IMG/VR virus record: IMGVR_UViG_3300030433_000925
Location: 1-42,757 of that record
Length of the DNA stretch: 42,757 nucleotides
Strand: one strand, 5' to 3'
From: a virus
Taxonomy: Duplodnaviria; Caudoviricetes
Shown piece by piece: positions 24,353 to 33,806 of the stretch; position 1 is the stretch's first letter, and each line of letters begins with the position of its first letter. A program made the translations under genes and the position numbers. The notes under the pieces are model-generated. The model was not told where the DNA came from, ran no database searches, and saw only the letters and a program-made list of their open reading frames with translations.

Positions 24353-24962
24353 CTGTATCTCCTAGTCTAGTTTTATTGCCACTTTCTACTTGATAATATA
24401 TTGTGCTTACTTTAAAGTCAGGTGTAAAGGGTTTTTCTGGTGTTAATGAATTATCATATACTCTCATTCTATTATTAGGATATAAACAATATTGACCATT
24501 GTTTAATTCTAATAAGTTAAAAGATTTATGTTCATCTGGTTGTTCACTCGTGCTATAATCTATTGTGTCTGGATCTCTATGATAATTATCTAATGTACAA
24601 ATATAAGTCCCAGCTTGGAATCCATGGTCTCTAGTAAATGCTTCAAAGTCCATCGATCCAATAAATTGTTTATATATACAAGTAACATCATAATCCATAC
24701 AGTTCCAAAACTGTAAATTAGGTAAAGACATATCAGGATCAGGTTTTGATGGTTCTGATAAAAAAGCACTTATTGGTAATTTATCAAACATAGCACCATA
24801 ATCAGGAAGATATGTTTCAAAATAAAAAGCACGACCAGGAATAGATTTAGCACTGACCCAAATACCTTTTACATATTCACCATGACCTGATTCATGATCC
24901 ATGAGATATTCTTTTCGTACCCAAACATGTTGAGCTGGAAGATTACATATTAAACTAGACAT
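24264..24962 (-). CDS. Conserved hypothetical marine phage protein
   Basis: NLP...VRKEYL.D...GHGE...SIPGRA.YFE...GA.FDKLPISAF...QFWNC...PNNR. Confidence 0.75.
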   Translation of the reverse strand: MSSLICNLPAQHVWVRKEYLMDHESGHGEYVKGIWVSAKSIPGRAFYFETYLPDYGAMFDKLPISAFLSEPSKPDPDMSLPNLQFWNCMDYDVTCIYKQFIGSMDFEAFTRDHGFQAGTYICTLDNYHRDPDTIDYSTSEQPDEHKSFNLLELNNGQYCLYPNNRMRVYDNSLTPEKPFTPDFKVSTIYYQVESGNKTRLGDTDEYYWKTKKENKEAITKADEDSKSRSSKK

Positions 24963-25264
24963 TAAGTTGTTTTCCTCTTTCCACGAGCTTTTCTTATTGC
25001 TTCTTTTCCTCTTTTAAAAATACTAGCCACTTGTGTTTTTCCCATTACTTTAGCTCTTTGCTCACCGACTGTAAGTATTTGTATCTTTCTCGCATATGGC
25101 TTATTGATTTTTTTAACTTTTGCAACTGTGTTTCTTGCATCTGTTGGGGTGGCAAACTTGATCCTAACTGTGTCTTTAGGGTTTTCATCTGTGTATAAGC
25201 GTCTCCCACTGCCTTTTGGTTTTTTTCCTGTGCCAACTTTAGGATCTTTCTTCTTTTTACTCAT
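24962..25264 (-). CDS. Basic hypothetical protein
   Basis: DPKVGTGKKPKGSGRRLYTDENPKDTV; Lys/Arg-rich. Confidence 0.75.
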   Translation of the reverse strand: MSKKKKDPKVGTGKKPKGSGRRLYTDENPKDTVRIKFATPTDARNTVAKVKKINKPYARKIQILTVGEQRAKVMGKTQVASIFKRGKEAIRKARGKRKTT

Positions 25265-25986
25265 TTAGCAATACTCCTTAGACTCTCCATAATATCATCT
25301 ATATTTGGTTCTTTACCGTTAGGATTTAAAACACATTGATATTTTTTAGGACAACCCACTCGAATATCTGTAAATTCGAGTTCATATGTTTTATTTGCCC
25401 CACGATATATACAAGCCATTTTACCTTTATAAACTTTTTGTTTCATTAACCTACAAGTTGTCATGGTTGGTAAAACTATTTCACCTCGTTGTATTTTTTG
25501 TTGCCTCGTATATTCTTTTGAGTATGCTTTGAAATATAAAGCTGCAATAACACCGAGAACAGCAATAACACAAAATACAATACCCATAGTTTGTAAGGCA
25601 TCTATTAACTCCTTTTGTTTTTGTCTTGCTTCTACCTTGCGTAACCGTTCAGCTTCTTTTGCCTCATTTATCCTATTAGCTCTTTCTTTAATTATTTGAT
25701 CCCATGCTGTTGGTCCGAATCTCATATTAATAATCATTTTTAATTCATTACGTTTTTCTTCTAATAACTTTCTATCAATAAAATCATTAGCTGTAGATTC
25801 AATACCAAACTGCTCTTTTATACCAACTTTACCACCTTTTTTGTTCATTTGAGCTTCACCCTCAAAGAACCCATCTATTTGTTTGGCTATACCTTGTATG
25901 TCTTGAACTGTAGAGATATTTTCTTTTATAAAGTCAACGCTTTTCTTGACTAATGCTATGCCAGTGAGAACTTCTGCGACAACCAT
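25261..25986 (-). CDS. Membrane protein (coiled coil, TM helix, Cys-containing C-terminal domain)
   Basis: TM helix MGIVFCVIAVLGVIAALYF; four Cys in the C-terminal region. Confidence 0.65.
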   Translation of the reverse strand: MVVAEVLTGIALVKKSVDFIKENISTVQDIQGIAKQIDGFFEGEAQMNKKGGKVGIKEQFGIESTANDFIDRKLLEEKRNELKMIINMRFGPTAWDQIIKERANRINEAKEAERLRKVEARQKQKELIDALQTMGIVFCVIAVLGVIAALYFKAYSKEYTRQQKIQRGEIVLPTMTTCRLMKQKVYKGKMACIYRGANKTYELEFTDIRVGCPKKYQCVLNPNGKEPNIDDIMESLRSIAK

Positions 25987-25990
25987 AGTC

Positions 25991-28912
25991 CTACCTTTGT
26001 TGTAACTCTTTTAATATTTCCTCTGCAGAAGACGGTTTAGGTACGTTCATATCTTCATCAAAAGGTGCAGATCTATCTCCTCCAAAATATATTCTTCCTA
26101 ATGTTTGAATAGCTGCAGAATGTCCAGGAGATAGTTTTGATGCTTTTGCCATTGCTGCTAATTTATCTGGATCAATTAATCCTTGTACTAAAGCATCCTC
26201 TCTTGCTCTACCTCTAAATTTATTTATAAAAGTTAATACTCTTCCTGGACGAGTAAATACACCAACAACACTTCTTGCAAATGTTGTTAATAAATCAGTC
26301 GGCTGTCTAGCTTGTTGAGGGCTAACATCAGTTAACGCAGGTTTTAAAGCTGTTAAAACTTTTTCTAAATTAGCTACATATTGATCACCAAAAGTTTGTT
26401 GTAATTTATTTTTATTCTTTTGAACATAAGGTACTAATAGCTCTAGGTTTGGAACCATTACATTACCCTTTGGTATGACACGTTGTTGTAAAGGATCTAG
26501 CATATCTCTATAAACTAAAGCTTTGAATGTTTTTAATAACTCAGTGTTTTCTTTTATAATTGGAAAGGCTTTACTAAAAGGTGATATTTCATCTTGTTTC
26601 CATACTAGATCAAACAAAGTTTCTGGTTTATCTAATTGTCCTCCAGACAATCTCAAGTCTTTTTCTATAAGATTATAGATAGCTTTTTTCTCTGATTGTA
26701 CTTTTACTACTTGATCTGCAAACTCTCGAACAGAACCAGAATCTAGTGCAGCTTTCGATGCAGGAGATAAATACTCATCAAAAACTGATTTATAATCATC
26801 TAAAAATTTATTATGTGCTGCTTGATTTATTGATATAATCTGACCATCTTTATTTCTTTTTACTACAGTATCTAGCCATTTTTTACGAACTGTATCTCCT
26901 ATATATTCAACTAAATCAGCATTTTTTGGATTAGCCTTTAATTCATTAGCTATTTCTAAAACAGCTGTCTTTCCTGTTCGATCTGGTTTGAATAGGATGT
27001 TAAATGCAGCTTCAGGGTTTCTTGCGTTTCTTAATTTAGCTATAGAAGATATTTTAGCATTTCTAAATTTTTTAGCAAAATCTGCAAAACCATCATCTAA
27101 AACTTTTAATTTTTCTACCATCTCTGGTGGAGCATTTTTTCTTGATATAACTCTGTTTCTAGCTTTTTCTAAAGCATCTACCATTTTAGAAAGTGTTTCT
27201 GGATAAGGTGAATCCTGTCCAGATAAAGATTTTAAGTAAGCTCCTCTTTCTAATCTTCTTAAATCTCTTAGATTTTCGTTTAATGTTCTTAGAGAAATAT
27301 CTTTTACTTTTATTGCAGAGCCTTTTTCACTAAGTATAAAAGTATCATATATTTTATCTATTAATGCTCTTTCTTCATTATTTACAAAAGCTCTGTCTTT
27401 AAAAGTTCTTTTTAATTTTACAACTTCATTAGCTAACTCTGTTGGTTTTATTCCACCTTTTCCTACTATTGTAGAATCAATACTTATACCTGTTTTATTT
27501 TCCCATGCTTTATATAAGTCTTCATACTCTTTATCAAAATTCTTTTGAGTATTAGAATAAGATTCTTGTATTGCATCTTGTGCTGTCTTTCCTATAGTAG
27601 AAGCATCAGCAACATTAGGTGGTAAGTTTACTAAATCATCTAACCCTTTTTCTACATCTATTAATTTTTGATCAGTATATTTTTCTAATTCAAACTTTAA
27701 TCCTTCTGCGTTTTGAACAGTTTTCTTTTGAACACCTTGTCCTAATTTTAATAAAGTTTCTTCAGTAATTTCTGTTCCAACATCAACACCCTCACCTGCT
27801 GCTTTTTCAAATTTTTCTTTAGCTAATATTTGAGCCATGAGACTTGGATCTGTAATCGCTGCTCCTGTTTCAAGATCAGGAGAAGTAGCAACAAGTTTTT
27901 CTTCTCTTGCTAATTTACCAGAAAGACTTGCCATTTGTGTTTTCTCTAATGCAGTAAGCGTAGGATCCTCAGATGCTATTTTTGCAACTTGAGCAGAAGT
28001 AGGAACAACTCCTATTTCTTTTGCACTTTGTTTTGCTCCAGATTTAGTATAGGAATCGTAGGCTTTTAGAAAACTTTCTTCATCTAAATCAAAACGTAAT
28101 CCTTGTGGAACTAAACCTAATTTAGATAAAAATGGTCTACCAAACTTATATAATAAAAGACCACCTGTTCCACCTAAAGCACTCCATTTAGCTGTATTTA
28201 ATGCTGTATTTAAAATATCATCATCTGTTACATCAGGGGATAAAGCACCTGTACTTCTAGCTACTTTTAATCTTAAAATTTCTGTTCCTAATGCAGCTAA
28301 TGATGCAGCACCTATTTGAGCCACACCTGTTTGACCTATTCCTGGAATAAAAGTTACTCCTGTAGCAGCACCTATTTCAGCTAATATAGTTGGTATATCT
28401 CCTGCTAAATCAGCTAGATCTCCAGTTATTAAATCTAAACCCCCAACAGGATCAAGAACATTATATTTTCCTTGATTAGACGGATCTTTATACTCTAAAC
28501 GACCACTTTGAGGTCCAACTCTTAAACCAAAGTCATAATCATCTGTTATAAGTCCTTGTTCTTTATAATAATTATTTAAGTGATATAAGACATTTTTCTT
28601 TTGTAAATCTGGATCTGATACTTGACCAAAACTTATTAATGCTCGAACTGATGTTGGTGCACCTTGATTCAAGATCCCTGCTTGTTCCATATCTAGTTCT
28701 GTATCAGATTTCAAACTAGTATCGGTAAAACCAGCTGTATCTATACCTTGTTCCATAAGTGCTGATTCTGTTGGGCTAAGAATACCTCTTGACTCTAAAT
28801 AACCTGATGCAGCAGTAGGTAAATTTTGGTTTCCTTGAGTTGAAGAACTAGCTAATTTTAATCTATTAGTTTCTATTTCATCAAAAATATTTTGTAATAT
28901 TGGATCTGACAC
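25991..28912 (-). CDS. Large internal virion / DNA ejection protein
   Basis: 973 aa helical protein with Gly/Ala hydrophobic segments; last of the large genes after the tail module. Confidence 0.6.
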   Translation of the reverse strand: MSDPILQNIFDEIETNRLKLASSSTQGNQNLPTAASGYLESRGILSPTESALMEQGIDTAGFTDTSLKSDTELDMEQAGILNQGAPTSVRALISFGQVSDPDLQKKNVLYHLNNYYKEQGLITDDYDFGLRVGPQSGRLEYKDPSNQGKYNVLDPVGGLDLITGDLADLAGDIPTILAEIGAATGVTFIPGIGQTGVAQIGAASLAALGTEILRLKVARSTGALSPDVTDDDILNTALNTAKWSALGGTGGLLLYKFGRPFLSKLGLVPQGLRFDLDEESFLKAYDSYTKSGAKQSAKEIGVVPTSAQVAKIASEDPTLTALEKTQMASLSGKLAREEKLVATSPDLETGAAITDPSLMAQILAKEKFEKAAGEGVDVGTEITEETLLKLGQGVQKKTVQNAEGLKFELEKYTDQKLIDVEKGLDDLVNLPPNVADASTIGKTAQDAIQESYSNTQKNFDKEYEDLYKAWENKTGISIDSTIVGKGGIKPTELANEVVKLKRTFKDRAFVNNEERALIDKIYDTFILSEKGSAIKVKDISLRTLNENLRDLRRLERGAYLKSLSGQDSPYPETLSKMVDALEKARNRVISRKNAPPEMVEKLKVLDDGFADFAKKFRNAKISSIAKLRNARNPEAAFNILFKPDRTGKTAVLEIANELKANPKNADLVEYIGDTVRKKWLDTVVKRNKDGQIISINQAAHNKFLDDYKSVFDEYLSPASKAALDSGSVREFADQVVKVQSEKKAIYNLIEKDLRLSGGQLDKPETLFDLVWKQDEISPFSKAFPIIKENTELLKTFKALVYRDMLDPLQQRVIPKGNVMVPNLELLVPYVQKNKNKLQQTFGDQYVANLEKVLTALKPALTDVSPQQARQPTDLLTTFARSVVGVFTRPGRVLTFINKFRGRAREDALVQGLIDPDKLAAMAKASKLSPGHSAAIQTLGRIYFGGDRSAPFDEDMNVPKPSSAEEILKELQQR

Positions 28913-28916
28913 TTAA

Positions 28917-31352
28917 TTATAATCCTAACTGTTGTTTAGCTTTAGCTCTTTCTTCAACACTTAAATTTTCTAATAAATTTTTTATTGTATCTTTTGCTTC
29001 TTGAGTTAACTGTCCACTTTGATCAACACCAAATTTTCTAGTGTTTTTTATTAATTGTACTACTTGACTTAAAGCATTTCCTCCTAGACTAACATCATTA
29101 TTTCCCTCAGTGTTAGAAGATGTACCATGAAGTTTTTGGTATTCTTCAAATTTTTGATAAGATAAGCCTTGAGGAGAAAACTCTGTTTTTCCAGAAAAAA
29201 TACGTTCATGTAATGTTTTATCAGGAGATAGACGTTTTATTGTTGCAACAGGATCGAATACATAATCATTTTCATTTGCATCTGGATTTCTTTTCTTTTC
29301 CATTTTATATGCTTTATCTAAATATAAATTCATAGCAACACCTAGATTATTATTTGCTAAATCTAAAGCATTACTTACACCTGAAATTAATTTATCTACG
29401 TTTGTAAAAAACGCACCTTCTGATAAATCTTCACCACCTAATGTTCTTAATGCAGCAGCAACGTCTTTATCTGTTAATTTTCCTGTTTCACGACTACCTG
29501 CTAATGCATAAGCATAATCCATAACAGCAGACATTAATCTTTGATTCCCTTTTGCTGCTGTTTTAAATGCAGCAAATGTTTTACTTGTATTTCCAGTATT
29601 TCCTTCGATTAAATTATCTATATTTTCACCAGAATATTTAGCTTGATCTTCTGCTGAAATATTAGTAAAGTTAGTTATTTGACTAGATATACCAACAACT
29701 CTATTTGCAAAAGTTTCAAATAAACCTACATTCTTTTTTGCCCCTGGACGAGCAAGATTATATAAAATCTTATCTCCAATATATGCAGCACGAACAAAAT
29801 TTACTTGTCTGTTTTCTAAATCTTTTATAGTATTTTGTTGTTTTACTTCGTCTAATCCTCCTGGACCTACAGGACCACTATAAAAAGAACCATCAGGAGC
29901 TAAATATGTCCCTGTTTTTTCTGTTGTTGTTAATTTAGTTATACGACCTCTTACCTGACTAATTTCTTCATTAATTACATCTAAAGGACGACCTGCACCA
30001 CCCATACTAACTGTTTGTTTTTCCCTTTCAAGGGCTCGTAAATTATCTTGTTCTTTTCTTAAACCAGTTCTATCATCAGGTAATTTTGTTTCTTTTGCTA
30101 TTTTATTTTCAATTAATTTTAAGTTAGCTAAATCTTCTTGACTAGGATTTTCTATTTTCTTTATCTTCAGTCTTTCTTCTAATAATCCTAAATATCCTGT
30201 TTTTTCTTTTTTTGGTTCTATTTCTAAATTAGGAGCTTGAGTAAAAAGAGCTTGTTTTGTTTTATTTTTAAACCCTCTTAATATATATGTTTTTGATGGA
30301 TCATATGTACCCCAACCAAGATCTTTATAAGCCTCTTTTAATCTGTCAAATTGTGGCTCTGTATTAATTCTAAATTCACTTTTTACAATATCAGATCCTT
30401 TTACATTATCTGTTTTTATTCCTGCACTTTTGGCTAATGCATAAATAGCACTTGGTACATCTTTTATTTCAACACCTTTTAAAAACTTTTTATCTCTCTG
30501 TACAGAGTCAAATAAATTACTACGAACTTCTTCAGGAAAAGTTTTTATTGTATCAGTAACAGCTTTAGCATAATTTTTACCCTGTGTTTCAGCAAACTTA
30601 TCTTCTTCTAATTCGAATTTTTGTTTATCAAAAAACAACTTACTTAAATCTAAACCAAGTTTAGTTGTATCTTGTAATCTTTTTTGTTTATAAGTTGCAT
30701 ATTGTTTTGCTAATGCTTTTCTAGTTTTTTCATCTTCTCTATAAACACCAAAAGCAAGTTTATTTATAGCAAGATCTTCTGCTCGTTCTTCTTTTTTCTT
30801 TGCTTTTGCAGCAACACCACCTGCAGCAAGAGCAGTTCCAAACTGTTGAAATGTTGTTTGTCCTGGTTTTGGTGGTGCTAATAATTGAGAACCTATTGCT
30901 AAAGCAGCATCTGCCCACGCAGGTGTCTTTTCTGTTTTATCTACACCAAAAAATTTATTTACTTTTGCTTTTGCATCTTCTGGTGTTGTCTTTTCATCTA
31001 TTAAGTCTTGATATAATTTATCAGCTTTATCGTCTTTAGATAATTTTGATAATGCTCCCATTATTTTGGCTATATCTCCACTACCATCATATAAACCTGT
31101 TAAATTAGAATCGACTGTATTTTTATCATCAGTAGCTAAACTTTCTACTTTTGGTGCTGTTTTTTTAAAAATATCATCGGCTGATATTCCTTGTGAGTTT
31201 TTCTCTATACTTGTTTTTCCTAACTGTTTTAAATCGTTTTGATTTACTTGGTTTACATTACTTTGCAAAAATCTAGATTTGCCTGCTGTTTGAAACAAAG
31301 GATCATTTTGAACATTTAATAACCCAAAAGGTATGCCCCCTCTTTGTTGCAT
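28917..31352 (-). CDS. Internal virion / DNA ejection protein
   Basis: 811 aa, Lys-rich helical; position in a podovirus ejection cluster. Confidence 0.6.
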   Translation of the reverse strand: MQQRGGIPFGLLNVQNDPLFQTAGKSRFLQSNVNQVNQNDLKQLGKTSIEKNSQGISADDIFKKTAPKVESLATDDKNTVDSNLTGLYDGSGDIAKIMGALSKLSKDDKADKLYQDLIDEKTTPEDAKAKVNKFFGVDKTEKTPAWADAALAIGSQLLAPPKPGQTTFQQFGTALAAGGVAAKAKKKEERAEDLAINKLAFGVYREDEKTRKALAKQYATYKQKRLQDTTKLGLDLSKLFFDKQKFELEEDKFAETQGKNYAKAVTDTIKTFPEEVRSNLFDSVQRDKKFLKGVEIKDVPSAIYALAKSAGIKTDNVKGSDIVKSEFRINTEPQFDRLKEAYKDLGWGTYDPSKTYILRGFKNKTKQALFTQAPNLEIEPKKEKTGYLGLLEERLKIKKIENPSQEDLANLKLIENKIAKETKLPDDRTGLRKEQDNLRALEREKQTVSMGGAGRPLDVINEEISQVRGRITKLTTTEKTGTYLAPDGSFYSGPVGPGGLDEVKQQNTIKDLENRQVNFVRAAYIGDKILYNLARPGAKKNVGLFETFANRVVGISSQITNFTNISAEDQAKYSGENIDNLIEGNTGNTSKTFAAFKTAAKGNQRLMSAVMDYAYALAGSRETGKLTDKDVAAALRTLGGEDLSEGAFFTNVDKLISGVSNALDLANNNLGVAMNLYLDKAYKMEKKRNPDANENDYVFDPVATIKRLSPDKTLHERIFSGKTEFSPQGLSYQKFEEYQKLHGTSSNTEGNNDVSLGGNALSQVVQLIKNTRKFGVDQSGQLTQEAKDTIKNLLENLSVEERAKAKQQLGL

Positions 31353-32287
31353 TACCTACTACCTCCTAAATTAAAATTAAAAGAACCAAGTCCTGTATTA
31401 TCTTTTGCGAAAGGTCTATACCCTAATTGTCCTGCTAATCCTAATCCTGTTGCAGCAACACCACCTATTTGAGAAAGTAAGGAAGGAGTAGGTGCAGTTG
31501 TCGCAGTAACTGTTTGCGAAGCTGTAGGAACACCTCTTAGTATATCACTAAAGAATCCTAATCTTTGGAATGGTTCGTAGGCTTGTTGTAAATCACCTTG
31601 TCTTGCAGCATCAAGTAGAGCTTGAGCTTGACCTTGTTGTAATGATCCTATTCCTAATAAATTTGCTACATCTTGTTGTTGTAACTGTTGTTGTAAACCA
31701 CCTAATCCTGCTTGCTGTCCAGCTAATTGACCTAATAAACTTCTTTCTCTTATTTGTGCATCAGCTAAGTTCCTTGCTTGTTGTAAAGCAGATTCAAACC
31801 CTGCTGCTCTTAACTGACCTGCTGTCTTAGCTTGTTGATCTAAAATATTTGATGCAAGTTCATTTCGTGCAATAGCTTGTCTAGATCCACCGAATGCTCC
31901 TTGACCCACGGATTGTGCAGCTAGTTGATTTTGAGCTATTTGCCCTTGCCTTCCTATATCAGCTAAAGTTGTATCTATTACGTTTTGTGTAAAAGGATTC
32001 ATAAAAGAAGCTATACCTTGTGCACCGAATGTTTGATCTATAGAAGGTCTACCAATCGCTTCTTCAACAGCTCGACTTGCTCCTTGAAGAAAAGGTGCAA
32101 AAGTTCCTAATCCTTCTCTTGTTCTTGTTACAGCATCTTGTTGATCAGGAGTAAACCCTGCAACTTGTATATCGGGTATATCTACAGGCTGTTGCGATTT
32201 TTGATAACTTGATTCTAAAAGTTTACGAGCATAATCCTCTAAAAAAGGAGCTTGTCTATTTATTACGGTTTGTTCAGTTGTTGCCAT
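31352..32287 (-). CDS. DNA transfer / ejection protein (Gln/Gly/Ala-rich)
   Basis: VAGFTPDQ, FMNPFTQNV, GAFGGSRQ, QQQ-rich helices, C-terminal Gly-rich hydrophobic tail. Confidence 0.65.
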   Translation of the reverse strand: MATTEQTVINRQAPFLEDYARKLLESSYQKSQQPVDIPDIQVAGFTPDQQDAVTRTREGLGTFAPFLQGASRAVEEAIGRPSIDQTFGAQGIASFMNPFTQNVIDTTLADIGRQGQIAQNQLAAQSVGQGAFGGSRQAIARNELASNILDQQAKTAGQLRAAGFESALQQARNLADAQIRERSLLGQLAGQQAGLGGLQQQLQQQDVANLLGIGSLQQGQAQALLDAARQGDLQQAYEPFQRLGFFSDILRGVPTASQTVTATTAPTPSLLSQIGGVAATGLGLAGQLGYRPFAKDNTGLGSFNFNLGGSR

Positions 32288-33372
32288 TACGCCATCCTCG
32301 CATTTTTATCTGCTCTTTTTTCGAAAGCTCTCATGATTCCTTCCATAACCACAGCACCTCTATCAGGATTATTTTGTCCTGTAGGGTCAGCTCCTGCGAC
32401 TGATTTTCCTGTGTTTATAAACTCTGTATTAGATACCCTTACTGGAATAGAATCACTTATTGGTGTTCCTGGACCTTTAATATAACCACCCCCAGCAGCA
32501 TTTAAAAACATTTGTCTACTAAGAATATTATTTAGTAAAGCTTCATAATCAACATCTGCTAATAATTTTTTTGGATCAGTTGATGCACCCTGTTTTTCTA
32601 ATCCAAATAAAGCACTTTGTGGTGGAGGAGTTAATTCAGCAGGTAGTTCAGGGTTTTCACCTCTTGCTAATGCAGCATAATAATTATCTACTATTTGCTG
32701 TTTTGACATTCCTTCACCTTCTGGCTCTATAGGTTCAGCTAATTTAGCTATTTCTTTTCCTACTAATGGACCTAATCCTGCTGTAACAACTTGTGGTATT
32801 GTTGCTCCTGCTCCTGATAAAATACTTCCAGCAGTAGATGTTCCTGTTTGAAATGCTGCAGGAGTAAATGCTTGTCCTGCACCTGTTACTGACCCTATTG
32901 TTGGAACACTACTTGTTCCACTAATTCCAGCTACTGCTTTATCTATTTCAGGAGCTACATACTTTCCACCAACATAAGCGACACCAGCATTTATAAGAGC
33001 TTTATCTACAGGCTCACCTGCTGCCAACGATCCAAGACCAGATCCAATAGCACCACCTATTCCTGGAGCTATAATATTACCAACTATCGCACCAATAGTA
33101 GGAAGAAATCTTTTTAATTTTTTAAAGAAAAATTCTGGTTGTCCAGTGTTAGGATTAATAGAATTTAGAGCATTACCAACAACATAACTTTCAGGTTGGT
33201 CTATACCTACTGCTCTCATCTGTTTAAAAATATCTTCTTTTAATTTAGGATTGCCTGCTAATACTTCTTTAGGGATAACTGTTTCGCCTTCGGCAGCATG
33301 AACAATATAAGTGTCCTCAAACCGACCTAAACTTGCTAATCCTCTAGCTTGGTTTTCATACGGAGCAATCAT
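32287..33372 (-). CDS. Internal virion protein
   Basis: SINPNTGQPEFF, Gly-zipper IGGAIGSGLG, C-terminal GGYIKGPGTPISDSIP. Confidence 0.6.
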   Translation of the reverse strand: MIAPYENQARGLASLGRFEDTYIVHAAEGETVIPKEVLAGNPKLKEDIFKQMRAVGIDQPESYVVGNALNSINPNTGQPEFFFKKLKRFLPTIGAIVGNIIAPGIGGAIGSGLGSLAAGEPVDKALINAGVAYVGGKYVAPEIDKAVAGISGTSSVPTIGSVTGAGQAFTPAAFQTGTSTAGSILSGAGATIPQVVTAGLGPLVGKEIAKLAEPIEPEGEGMSKQQIVDNYYAALARGENPELPAELTPPPQSALFGLEKQGASTDPKKLLADVDYEALLNNILSRQMFLNAAGGGYIKGPGTPISDSIPVRVSNTEFINTGKSVAGADPTGQNNPDRGAVVMEGIMRAFEKRADKNARMA

Positions 33373-33378
33373 GACAAT

Positions 33379-33407
33379 ACCATAACTTATAATAATTCAT
33401 TTTACAA
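33379..33407 (-). promoter_or_regulatory. Possible sigma70 promoter giving a leaderless mRNA
   Basis: Minus strand TTGTAA-17 nt-TATGGT-6 nt-ATG; no SD sequence. Confidence 0.35.
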
Positions 33408-33416
33408 TCCTTTTAT

Positions 33417-33806
33417 CTAGATTCTTGATATAGCACTCGTTGTTACTCTTGTTTTAGATAACTCTTGAATACTTGCTACAACATGCAATCTATTTGCTGT
33501 TGCTGCTTGAACTTTTAATACTTCTCCACTTTGTAATATCAAATCTTTTGATAGTAATTCTACAGTAGTATTAGCCCCCACTGATTTTACTTTAAATAAA
33601 CTAAACGTATCACTACCACTTACAAGTGTAACTGTTATCGTATCTGCATTACCACTATCTTCTGATACTAATATTGAGTTTACAACTGCTGCATTAAAAT
33701 CGGCATCACTAGGAACTGTAAACAAAGTCGTAAGATTCGTTGTGGTTAAATCTACCTTTGCGTTTGTAACACCTTGAATATACTGAGGAATACTGGTTAT
33801 TAACAT
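33417..33806 (-). CDS. Virion structural protein
   Basis: 129 aa beta-rich; LILQSGEVLKVQA. Confidence 0.6.
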   Translation of the reverse strand: MLITSIPQYIQGVTNAKVDLTTTNLTTLFTVPSDADFNAAVVNSILVSEDSGNADTITVTLVSGSDTFSLFKVKSVGANTTVELLSKDLILQSGEVLKVQAATANRLHVVASIQELSKTRVTTSAISRI

